Shown here one piece after another: positions 49,709-57,984 of a stretch of DNA of 64,000 nt. The translations under genes were made by a program, and so were the position numbers. Source of the DNA: a virus; the IMG/VR virus record IMGVR_UViG_3300022200_000032, positions 13,856 through 77,855 of that record; one strand, given 5' to 3'. Within the stretch, counting starts at the first letter, position 1; the number at the start of each line of letters is the position of its first letter. The notes under the pieces were generated by a model. That model did not search any database and had not been told where the DNA came from. It was given only the letters and a program-made list of their open reading frames with translations.

Positions 49709-49741
49709 TATTTATGGCACACATAAACTGCGTATATAATG
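49709..49741 (-). promoter_or_regulatory. Late promoter CATAAATA with upstream ATAAACTGCGTA element
   Basis: + strand TATTTATGG-N5-ATAAACTGCGTA, the same as at 40139. Confidence 0.65.
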
Positions 49742-49752
49742 TGCTGAAAATA

Positions 49753-49782
49753 TTGACATCATACATAAAAATAGTATATAAT
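49753..49782 (+). promoter_or_regulatory. Sigma70-type promoter for the gp55-gp47-gp46 operon
   Basis: TTGACA (49753-58), 18-nt spacer, TATAAT (49777-82); AGGAG SD at 49797-49801. Confidence 0.85.
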
Positions 49783-49807
49783 ACGTGTATTGATATAGGA
49801 GCCCTTA

Positions 49808-50713
49808 ATGGCACAACCAGGACAAAAGAGAGTAAATTATCTAAACAATAAAGATATTTTAGCAGAAATTCACAAAAGTAAGAACACATTTTGCTCTTAT
49901 AGAGACAAGATTATAGATAGTGATTTTGATTTAATTTTAGAACCAGACGAGAACGGCAAAACCGGACTTGAAAAGATCAACGTTCGCACCCTAAAAGAAG
50001 CACGTGATAATCGTGCTACACGTTTGTCTAAACTTACAGGAGAAACTGTTGATCCAAAGTCTATTACTAATGAAGACATTGTTATTCGTGTAATGACCGA
50101 TGAACATATTCCGCTAGGTCCTAAGAAGCGCACAAAAGCAAGCACTAAACCTAAAAAGAAGAAAGCAGCAGATTTGCTTGACGATTTAGATTTAGATGAA
50201 GATTTAGATTGCGACACTTGTGACGAAAATGATCCGGATGTGGAAATGGTTCCTGTTCGTGTCAACTTTCCATCATTCAAGCATTATAGAATTGACGCTG
50301 ACGGCAATCCATATGAAGTGGGTCGTAGTCACTGGAAAGGCACCATCGAGGATGGGCACTTTAGCAAAAGTCATGGACGTGTTACTGATAAACTTGCTAT
50401 GATGTATATGAAGTTATGTGAACGTTATGCTACACGAAGCAACTGGCGTGGTTATACTTACAACGACGAAATGCGTTCACAGGCATTGTTGCAGTTATGT
50501 CAGATTGGCTTACAATTTAACGAAGCCAAATCACAGAATCCATTTGCTTATTACACAGCAGCAGTTACTAACTCGTTTACTCGTGTACTAAACATTGAAA
50601 AAAAGATGCAGAACATTCGCGATGACATCCTTGAACAGCATGGGCTTGATCCAAGCTGGACACGTCAGTTCGCAAATGAAAATGTCGACGGAAAGTATTT
50701 AGAAGATCAATAA
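49808..50713 (+). CDS. Late-transcription sigma factor, T4 gp55-like
   Basis: VNYLNN, NWRGYTYNDEM, FNEAKSQNPFAYYT...NSF. Confidence 0.85.
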   Translation: MAQPGQKRVNYLNNKDILAEIHKSKNTFCSYRDKIIDSDFDLILEPDENGKTGLEKINVRTLKEARDNRATRLSKLTGETVDPKSITNEDIVIRVMTDEHIPLGPKKRTKASTKPKKKKAADLLDDLDLDEDLDCDTCDENDPDVEMVPVRVNFPSFKHYRIDADGNPYEVGRSHWKGTIEDGHFSKSHGRVTDKLAMMYMKLCERYATRSNWRGYTYNDEMRSQALLQLCQIGLQFNEAKSQNPFAYYTAAVTNSFTRVLNIEKKMQNIRDDILEQHGLDPSWTRQFANENVDGKYLEDQ

Positions 50714-51726
50714 TGAGTTTATTCAAACGAGCGGCGATTTTTACTGATATCCATTTTGGTTTAAAAAATAATAGTGTTACACATTTACAAGACTGCGAAA
50801 GTTTTGTAGATTGGTTCATCGACTTAGCCAAAAGTAAAAATTGCGAAACTGGAATGTTTTTAGGTGATTGGCACCACCATCGTGCATCAATTAACTTACA
50901 AACACTAAACTTTAGTTTACGAAGTTTAGAAAAATTGAGTGCTGCGTTTGAACAATTCTACTTCTTACCCGGTAATCATGATTTGTATTATCGCGACAAA
51001 CGAGATATACACGGTGCAGAATGGGCACGCCACTTACCTAACATTCATGTTATTAATGATTGGTTTACAGATGGTGACGTTACTATTGTTCCATGGCTTG
51101 TTGGTGATGATCATAAACGTATTCAAAAGATTGAATCTAAATACGTATTCGGACACTTTGAACTGCCACACTTTAAAATGAATGCCATGGTAGAAATGCC
51201 CGACACAGGAGAAGTTAACGCAAATGATTTTAAAGGCGTCGAGCGTGTGTTTAGTGGGCACTTTCATCTAAGGCAAGAACACGGAAATATTACCTATATC
51301 GGCAATGCCTTTCCGCATAATTTTTCAGATAGTGGTGATGATATGCGGGGTGCAACCATCATGGAATGGGGTGGTAAACCAGAATATCATGCTTGGGATC
51401 AGCAACCCACATATCGTGTTATTGATCTATCGGCACTGATTGATCATGCTGACCAGATATTAAAACCAAATATGCATGTTCGTGTTAATCTAGATATTAA
51501 TGTTAGTTACGAAGAGGCAAACTTTATTAAAGAAACATTTGTTCACGGGTATGGCATTAGAGAAATCAGTTTGTTGCCAAAGTCAAGCAACCACGAACAC
51601 AACGTTGATCAACAGGAAACTGTTGTATTCCATTCAGTTGACCAAATTATCACTGATCAATTGACAAATATTGATTCAGAGTTTTATAATAAACAGTTAT
51701 TGCTACAAATTTACCAAAACTTATGA
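50713..51726 (+). CDS. Recombination nuclease subunit, gp47 / SbcD / Mre11-like
   Basis: Metallophosphoesterase motifs DIHFG, FLGD, GNHD, GHFE, SGHFH. Confidence 0.93.
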   Translation: MSLFKRAAIFTDIHFGLKNNSVTHLQDCESFVDWFIDLAKSKNCETGMFLGDWHHHRASINLQTLNFSLRSLEKLSAAFEQFYFLPGNHDLYYRDKRDIHGAEWARHLPNIHVINDWFTDGDVTIVPWLVGDDHKRIQKIESKYVFGHFELPHFKMNAMVEMPDTGEVNANDFKGVERVFSGHFHLRQEHGNITYIGNAFPHNFSDSGDDMRGATIMEWGGKPEYHAWDQQPTYRVIDLSALIDHADQILKPNMHVRVNLDINVSYEEANFIKETFVHGYGIREISLLPKSSNHEHNVDQQETVVFHSVDQIITDQLTNIDSEFYNKQLLLQIYQNL

Positions 51727-53480
51727 TTAAAATAAAGACCTTAACGGTTAAAAACTTTATGAGTGTAGGCAACGCTACGCAGGCTGTTCATTTTGACCGC
51801 AATGACTTAACACTTGTGTTAGGTAATAACATGGATTTGGGTGGCGACGGTGCTCGTAATGGTACAGGTAAAACTACAATTATTAATGCACTTTCGTATG
51901 CATTTTATGGTGTAGCATTAACTAACATTAAACGCGATAACCTAATTAACAAGACAAATTCCAAAGGTATGCTTTGTTCTGTAGAATTTGAACACCGCGG
52001 AAAAGAATATCGTATTGAACGTGGCCGCAAACCTAACGTATTAAAATTCTATATCGAAAACGAAGAACAAGAAGCAACAGATAACGCCCAAGGCGATTCA
52101 AGAGAAACGCAAAAAGCTATTGAGGAATTGCTAGGTATAAGCCACGACATGTTTAAACACATCATGGCTTTGAACACATATACCGAACCTTTCCTCAGTA
52201 TGCGGGCTAATGACCAACGTGCTATTATTGAACAACTGCTTGGTATTACGCTGCTTACTGAAAAAGCAGAACAATTAAAAGAGCAAGTAAAACAAACCAA
52301 GAATGATATCAAAGGAGAAGAATTACGGATTGCTGCTATACAAGAAGCTAATCAGCGCATACAAGACCAGATTAACTCAGTTAAACGCAGGCAATCATTA
52401 TGGATCAGCAAAAAGAATGATGACATTGCAGAATTTGAATCAGCGATTGCTGCGCTTGAACATATCAATATCGATCAGGAAGTCAGAACGTTTAGTGATA
52501 TTGAAGTATGGACCGAAAAGAAATCAAACATTAACACACTTAACAGTTATATTGATGCTATTAAAATCGATAACGATCAGAAAACATCCAAAATTCAAAA
52601 ATTAGAAAAAGAAATCAATGCATTGCGTGACCACAAGTGTCATGCATGTGGACAAGATTTACATGATGCCGATCACGAAGAAATTTTACACAAAAAAGAG
52701 ATTGATCTTCAGGAAACAGCTCTTGAGATTATTGCTAACGAAGGTCAGTACGAAGAACATATTGCTGCATTGAAATCACTTGGTCCGCTTGAAGAGAAAC
52801 CCAGTACTTTTTATAGCACGGTTCAAGAAGCATTTGAACACAAGAATACATTAGAAACGGCAAGAGCGCAGTTAGAATCAAGAAAAAACGACCAAGACCC
52901 ATATGCTGAACAAATTACAGAAATGGAAGAACAGGCCTTGCAAGAGATATCGTACGATCGTATGAATGAACTAGCGCATCTGCAAGAACATCAGGACTTC
53001 TTGCTTAAATTACTCACGAACAAAGATTCATTCATTCGTAAAAAGATCATTGACCAAAACTTAGCGTATCTGAATTCACGATTAACTTATTATTTAGACA
53101 AGATTGGTTTGCGCCATACTGTACAGTTCTTAAATGATCTTAGCGTGGAAATCACAGACTTGGGCCGTGATTTAGATTTCGATAACCTATCTCGTGGTGA
53201 ACGTAACAGACTTATTTTAAGTTTATCATGGGCATTCCGCGATGTTTGGGAATCTTTGTATCATCCAATCAATCTTGTGTTCATTGACGAACTCATTGAT
53301 TCTGGGATGGACACACAAGGTGTAGAGAACAGCCTGAGTATTCTTAAACACATGAGCAGAGAGCGCCAAAAAAGTGTGTGGCTAGTATCACACAAGGACG
53401 AACTTATTGGTCGTGTGCATAATACGCTAACTGTTATAAAAGAAAACGGATTTACTACATACGATATTGATGATGTTTGA
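51723..53480 (+). CDS. Recombination ATPase subunit, gp46 / SbcC / Rad50-like
   Basis: KNFMS, Walker A NGTGKT, zinc hook CHACGQ, LSRGE signature, FIDE Walker B, VSH. Confidence 0.95.
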   Translation: MIKIKTLTVKNFMSVGNATQAVHFDRNDLTLVLGNNMDLGGDGARNGTGKTTIINALSYAFYGVALTNIKRDNLINKTNSKGMLCSVEFEHRGKEYRIERGRKPNVLKFYIENEEQEATDNAQGDSRETQKAIEELLGISHDMFKHIMALNTYTEPFLSMRANDQRAIIEQLLGITLLTEKAEQLKEQVKQTKNDIKGEELRIAAIQEANQRIQDQINSVKRRQSLWISKKNDDIAEFESAIAALEHINIDQEVRTFSDIEVWTEKKSNINTLNSYIDAIKIDNDQKTSKIQKLEKEINALRDHKCHACGQDLHDADHEEILHKKEIDLQETALEIIANEGQYEEHIAALKSLGPLEEKPSTFYSTVQEAFEHKNTLETARAQLESRKNDQDPYAEQITEMEEQALQEISYDRMNELAHLQEHQDFLLKLLTNKDSFIRKKIIDQNLAYLNSRLTYYLDKIGLRHTVQFLNDLSVEITDLGRDLDFDNLSRGERNRLILSLSWAFRDVWESLYHPINLVFIDELIDSGMDTQGVENSLSILKHMSRERQKSVWLVSHKDELIGRVHNTLTVIKENGFTTYDIDDV

Positions 53481-55221
53481 GTTATCTAAAATCGATGAAT
53501 TTCAAATTGAAATAACGAGTTATTGTAATTCTGACTGTCCGCAATGTCCCAGAAATATAAACGGTGGAATTAAAAATCCATATCTTCGTCAGGAACATTT
53601 GCCTCGTACAATCATTGATCGTACATTCACAAAAGAAATTTGTTTAAATCTTAGACAAATATTCTTTTGCGGAAGTTATGGTGATCCCATAATGCATCCA
53701 GACTTTCTGAAAATTCTTTCTGATTTCAGAGACAAAAATCCAAAGTTATGGCTTTATGTACACACAAATGGCGGTGCACACGACGAAAAATATTGGAAAG
53801 AACTTGGAGAAATTATTGGTACACAGGGCCAAGTTGATTTTAATGTTGATGGTCTAGCTGACACAAATCCATTGTACCGATTAAACACTGATTTTGATAA
53901 AATAATGCGCAATGCAATGGCGTACATGCGCACTGGTGCGACGGCTGAGTGGAATTATATTGTATTCAAACATAACGAACATCAGGTTGACGATGCTCGC
54001 CAGTTATCAGCTCTGCTTGGATTTAAAAATTTTAATCCCCGCAGTACAGGACGATTTTTTAATCATGAAACCTGTCAAGAATTTAATGAATGGCCAGTAT
54101 TCAATAAAGATGGTGATATCAACTATTCATTGGAAATTCCTGTCGCCATAGAATACCGTAACCAGAGTATGCTATATCTGGATAATCTGGAAAAATCATA
54201 TGGATCCTTTGAAAATTATTTTAATCAAACCAAAATCAATTGTGACTGTTCAAACAAAAATTTGGGCACATCAAAGGTATTAATTAATTCTCACGGCTGG
54301 GTCATGCCTTGCAATTTCTTTAATCATAATCTGGAAGATGCTCGATTTTATAATCGTTCTGTTATGCCAGGCAGCAATAATTTAAGTTTCTTACCTGATG
54401 GCAAAAATCAAATTCAAAATTTATTTGAAAAACACAATGCATCAAAAACACTTAACATCAATGATTGTTCGTTAAGTGAAATTTTTGAAAATGATTTTTG
54501 GAAAGAAATACAAGACTCATGGAACAAAGATTTAAATAACGGCAGAATTTTTGAGTGTGCAATGACTTGTGGCAGTAAATTGACCAAAGTATGGGATCAA
54601 ACTAAAATGAAAACTAATAAATTTTTAATTACCGGTGCTAATCATGGCTTAGGACTAGAATTAGCAAATCACTTCAGAGGTGTAAATGCATCACGATCTG
54701 CTAACGATAACGGTTTAAAAATTGATATCACAAATGCTGACGATGTCAAGCGTATTGCCGAACATAGTTTGAATTATGATGTGTTTATTAATAATGCATT
54801 TGATGGACCAGCTGGTGAACCATGGGCTAATTTTGCGCAAGTTAACGTGTTAGTTGCTGTCTATGATGCCTGGGTGCGTGCAAACAAAACGGGATACATT
54901 ATTAACATCGGAAGCATTGGTGAAAAAGACATTGCCGCACCAGAACCCACATTCGAACGTTATCGTATTCCCAAGGCGGCACTATCACATGCAAGCAAAC
55001 AATGCACCAGAGCATTCAAACAAAACAAAATTCAGTTTAAAACCAGTTTGCTTACTATCGATCGTGTGGATCTGCCACATATCAGAGAAAGAGCAAGTTG
55101 GACAGGCAATGGGTTAGATCCACGTGATGTGATACGTGCAATTGAATTTATTATGGATACACAACCTAACACCTGCATTGAAGAAATTACTGCTTGGGTA
55201 AATTATAATTTTGAACAGTAA
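53467..55221 (+). CDS. Radical SAM/SPASM domain fused to a short-chain dehydrogenase/reductase (SDR) domain
   Basis: CNSDCPQC, GDP, TNG, DG, PC...CAMTCG; then ITGANHGLG, INNA, NIGS, YRIPK (YxxxK). Confidence 0.85.
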   Translation: MMMFELSKIDEFQIEITSYCNSDCPQCPRNINGGIKNPYLRQEHLPRTIIDRTFTKEICLNLRQIFFCGSYGDPIMHPDFLKILSDFRDKNPKLWLYVHTNGGAHDEKYWKELGEIIGTQGQVDFNVDGLADTNPLYRLNTDFDKIMRNAMAYMRTGATAEWNYIVFKHNEHQVDDARQLSALLGFKNFNPRSTGRFFNHETCQEFNEWPVFNKDGDINYSLEIPVAIEYRNQSMLYLDNLEKSYGSFENYFNQTKINCDCSNKNLGTSKVLINSHGWVMPCNFFNHNLEDARFYNRSVMPGSNNLSFLPDGKNQIQNLFEKHNASKTLNINDCSLSEIFENDFWKEIQDSWNKDLNNGRIFECAMTCGSKLTKVWDQTKMKTNKFLITGANHGLGLELANHFRGVNASRSANDNGLKIDITNADDVKRIAEHSLNYDVFINNAFDGPAGEPWANFAQVNVLVAVYDAWVRANKTGYIINIGSIGEKDIAAPEPTFERYRIPKAALSHASKQCTRAFKQNKIQFKTSLLTIDRVDLPHIRERASWTGNGLDPRDVIRAIEFIMDTQPNTCIEEITAWVNYNFEQ

Positions 55222-55257
55222 TTTATTGCAATTATATTACAAGGAATAAGTAAGCAC

Positions 55258-55779
55258 GTGCCAAGTCCGCAGAAAGCAAAAGGTAGTAATTGGGAAAGAG
55301 ATGTTGCTAGACAACTTTCTGAAATCTACAACGAAACCTTTATTCGTGTTCCAGGATCTGGTGCGTATGTGGGCGGGTTAAACGCTGCTCGCAAAGAATT
55401 TTTACACGAAGGAACCATACGAGTTCTTAAAGGAGATATTGTTCCTCCATTAAGTTTTCCTCGTTTTAATGCTGAGTGTAAGAGTTATAAAGAATTTCCG
55501 TGGCATCAACTATACACAGGCGACTGCAAAGTTCTTGACGGTTGGATAACTCAGTGCCTGGATGCTGCGGATGATGGAGATGTGAACTTTTTGTTCATGA
55601 AATTTAACCGTAAAGGCACATATTTGGCATTTGAACAGGCATATCAAGATAATTTTTTAACACCAAGTTACACATTATATTCAGGGAAAAATTTAGGCAA
55701 GAACTGGATCATAACAGATTTAGGTACATTTTTAGGCATAAGGCATAATCAAGACCATCTTAAAGAGTTGTGTGCATAA
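55258..55779 (+). CDS. Holliday junction resolvase-like PD-(D/E)XK nuclease
   Basis: KAKGSNWER, RVPGSGA, GDI, AECKSY; ATAAGTA at 55246-55252. Confidence 0.75.
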   Translation: MPSPQKAKGSNWERDVARQLSEIYNETFIRVPGSGAYVGGLNAARKEFLHEGTIRVLKGDIVPPLSFPRFNAECKSYKEFPWHQLYTGDCKVLDGWITQCLDAADDGDVNFLFMKFNRKGTYLAFEQAYQDNFLTPSYTLYSGKNLGKNWIITDLGTFLGIRHNQDHLKELCA

Positions 55780-55799
55780 GAATTAGCGCACGGTTAAAT

Positions 55800-56245
55800 C
55801 GTTGATAGCCTAGCTTGGGGCGATTAGTACAAGCGGTAATACTCTCTGTTGTGTGGAGGACACCCAAATCGTGAGCAGCGACACGGACTTCAATCACTAT
55901 CCTTAACAGGACGCTGATACGACATGCCTGTGAACTTTGAACGTCTTTTTGTAGTTCACTAACGTATTTGATTGAATGTATGGCGAATTAAAAAGGCTAA
56001 ATGATGCTGCTCTGTCAAAAAATCAACAGCAAGTTTGCATATAGCGGGCAATTAGTTATATGCGAGCTCCCGTCAGAAACAAGTCTAGAGTAGGGGGTAC
56101 AGGCTGACCGCCTCCGTGGAATGTATATTAAACATCTTAATCTCTTATAATTGCTGGCTAGCTCACTCGACGAAAGATGAATTAGTTTGAACTTTACCCC
56201 CGGATGGGTAAAGTCTGACCAGTCTATCTGACGAAGATATTATCC
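55800..56245 (+). ncRNA. Candidate large, highly structured ncRNA (~450 nt)
   Basis: No ORF of 60 aa or more; many nested stems whose G-U pairs work only on the + strand; loop-distal pseudoknot. Confidence 0.65.
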
Positions 56246-56307
56246 GATCATACCTGCAATTAACATTAGATTTACAATTATACAACAATAATTAGATTTT
56301 AAAACCA

Positions 56308-56351
56308 TAAGATTGAGCGTTAGCGAAATCTTAGATATGCGTAGCATATCT
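56308..56351 (+). other. Tandem stable ssDNA-type hairpins (GA-GC-GTTA-GC-GA; GC-GTA-GC triloop), candidate priming/origin signal
   Basis: TAAGATT-GAGCGTTAGCGA-AATCTTA and AGATATGC-GTA-GCATATCT, after an AT-rich tract. Confidence 0.45.
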
Positions 56352-56435
56352 TCGAATATATAATTAATGATGATATGCTCATACTCTGAGTTGAGATATC
56401 AGAATCATTCAGAATTTTTGGTAATAATGCTCATG

Positions 56436-56472
56436 AAAAAGCCCCTAGCATTTTGGCACTACTAGGGGCTTT
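56436..56472. terminator. Intrinsic terminator, probably bidirectional, between convergent units
   Basis: AAAGCCCCTAG...CTAGGGGCTTT stem; longer U tract on the minus strand. Confidence 0.75.
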
Positions 56473-56506
56473 GATTTAGGCATGTTACGTTGCGTAACAC
56501 ATTTAT

Positions 56507-56839
56507 TTATTCAAATGTGTCTGGCCAGTCACGATAATATGCGTGTTTGATATCTTCAACAAATTGATTGAAACTCTGATGTTTTGCTTCGAGTTCTCCC
56601 TCAAGTGGAGCCACACGTTTGAATGCATCTTCAAGTTGTGCCATGTCTTTAAACTCCATCATGATGTGCCACTCTGGCAAATTAGGAATTGAAGCAAAAC
56701 CCATCTTACAACGTGTAATACGATAACCTTCGCATTTGCCTTCGTTTTTTAAGTGATCCAGAAATCCCTTCATGTTGTTTACCCAATCAATGTCGGGTAT
56801 GTCTGTGGACTTTTCAGCCCAGATATGATAAATGTCCAT
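56507..56839 (-). CDS. DUF6614-like small alpha/beta protein
   Basis: MDIYHIW, YRITRCKMG, EWHIMMEF..MAQLEDAF resemble that family from memory. Confidence 0.55.
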   Translation of the reverse strand: MDIYHIWAEKSTDIPDIDWVNNMKGFLDHLKNEGKCEGYRITRCKMGFASIPNLPEWHIMMEFKDMAQLEDAFKRVAPLEGELEAKHQSFNQFVEDIKHAYYRDWPDTFE

Positions 56840-57261
56840 TATGTTCTTGGTCCTAGTATTTCAAATCCATCTATTTGACGCTTGTATTCCGAAGCTTCGC
56901 CCAGATACAAATAGTCAAACCCTCGCATTTTGTAATAAGCACATTCACTTTTTAGACTAGAAAGTCCTAGCCTTAATTTGGGATTCTGGTAGTCCCAAGC
57001 AAACTGAATCGCCTCTACATTTTTGTTATCAAAAACTTGCATCAAGCTAAATGCCACAAGTTTGTCTTGATCATAATAACCCAGTACCTCATTTTTAAAG
57101 TATTCTTGTGGAAATATGGGCATCACTGAATTAAATTTTTTGTGTACACAATAAGAATTGTAAATTTTTTCCAATTCGTCTGGATCAGGATTTGATATTA
57201 CCTGAAAATTATCCAAGACAGAGTAATTGGTATCAGATAATTGTATTCTGGCATATATCAT
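56839..57261 (-). CDS. Arginyl-tRNA--protein transferase (ATE/Bpt) C-terminal-like GNAT protein
   Basis: LVAFSL, WDY..PKLRLG...L..E......GFDYLYLG...YK. Confidence 0.6.
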   Translation of the reverse strand: MIYARIQLSDTNYSVLDNFQVISNPDPDELEKIYNSYCVHKKFNSVMPIFPQEYFKNEVLGYYDQDKLVAFSLMQVFDNKNVEAIQFAWDYQNPKLRLGLSSLKSECAYYKMRGFDYLYLGEASEYKRQIDGFEILGPRT

Positions 57262-57761
57262 GTTCTGGGATCCTGTCTGTGCAAAAATAAATCGTCCAGA
57301 TATTCTGGATCCCAGCCTGAATAATAGCCCTTTTTGTATAGATTTGCACTTGCATCATCTAAATTTTTAGTGAGTGCCGCGATGCTAAGTGCATATGTGC
57401 CATGATTAAAACAAACACCGTTTTGTGTTTCTGTATGATCTGGATGATCACTCAGACTCACTAATCCTGCTGATTTCATGGGTCCAGCATTTGCTTCGTC
57501 AATATGTTCGTTAAATTCATCAGCACTCCATAGATTTGGGTCGTAGATGTAAACAACAACTTCCCACGTTTCCATACCTTTTTTGCTTAACATTAATAAG
57601 TCTAGATATGGATCACCGCCTAAACGATAATCAACTTGATTTTTTAAGCGGGCTTGACGTGCATACGGACACGGAGGAAACCCACCTAGCGCAGGATGTG
57701 GAACCTCAATAAAATTTTCTAACCAGTTTTCAACTGATTCTCGTGCTGCTTTTAAATCCAT
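57258..57761 (-). CDS. DUF1415/YqcI-YcgG-like protein with a PCPYA motif
   Basis: WLENFIE.PHP.LGGFPPCPYARQA, DHPD, GYY..W. Confidence 0.45.
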   Translation of the reverse strand: MDLKAARESVENWLENFIEVPHPALGGFPPCPYARQARLKNQVDYRLGGDPYLDLLMLSKKGMETWEVVVYIYDPNLWSADEFNEHIDEANAGPMKSAGLVSLSDHPDHTETQNGVCFNHGTYALSIAALTKNLDDASANLYKKGYYSGWDPEYLDDLFLHRQDPRT

Positions 57762-57973
57762 TAAAAATACGGTAATCCTGTTTTCTTAGTTGTTTCCATG
57801 TTGTCTTTGACAAGTTTTGATAATAATTCTCGCTCTTTAAAACTTAACATTAAAGCACTTTCATAACTTAACCCACCCCGCATATACCATGAAAATCGTA
57901 ATGCTTCGTCTTTAATTTGGTTTGTCTCGGCTTCTAATCTATCAACATAATTGGAAATTTCCTCAGAATTCAA
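57761..57973 (-). CDS. gp51-like / tail chaperone 'T' segment, probably reached by -1 frameshift from the upstream gene
   Basis: Only a TTG start; the -1 frame is open from the slippery site at 57991-58000; WYMRGG.SY...L...ER. Confidence 0.6.
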   Translation of the reverse strand: MNSEEISNYVDRLEAETNQIKDEALRFSWYMRGGLSYESALMLSFKERELLSKLVKDNMETTKKTGLPYF

Positions 57974-57984
57974 GGTCAGAAGCC

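Noticed and set aside
55780-56500. tRNA, tmRNA, RNase P RNA, group I/II intron or CRISPR array in the non-coding gap
   Set aside because: No cloverleaf or T-loop, no GAGGAAAGUCC, no interrupted host gene and no repeat-spacer periodicity seen by eye; cmscan is still needed.
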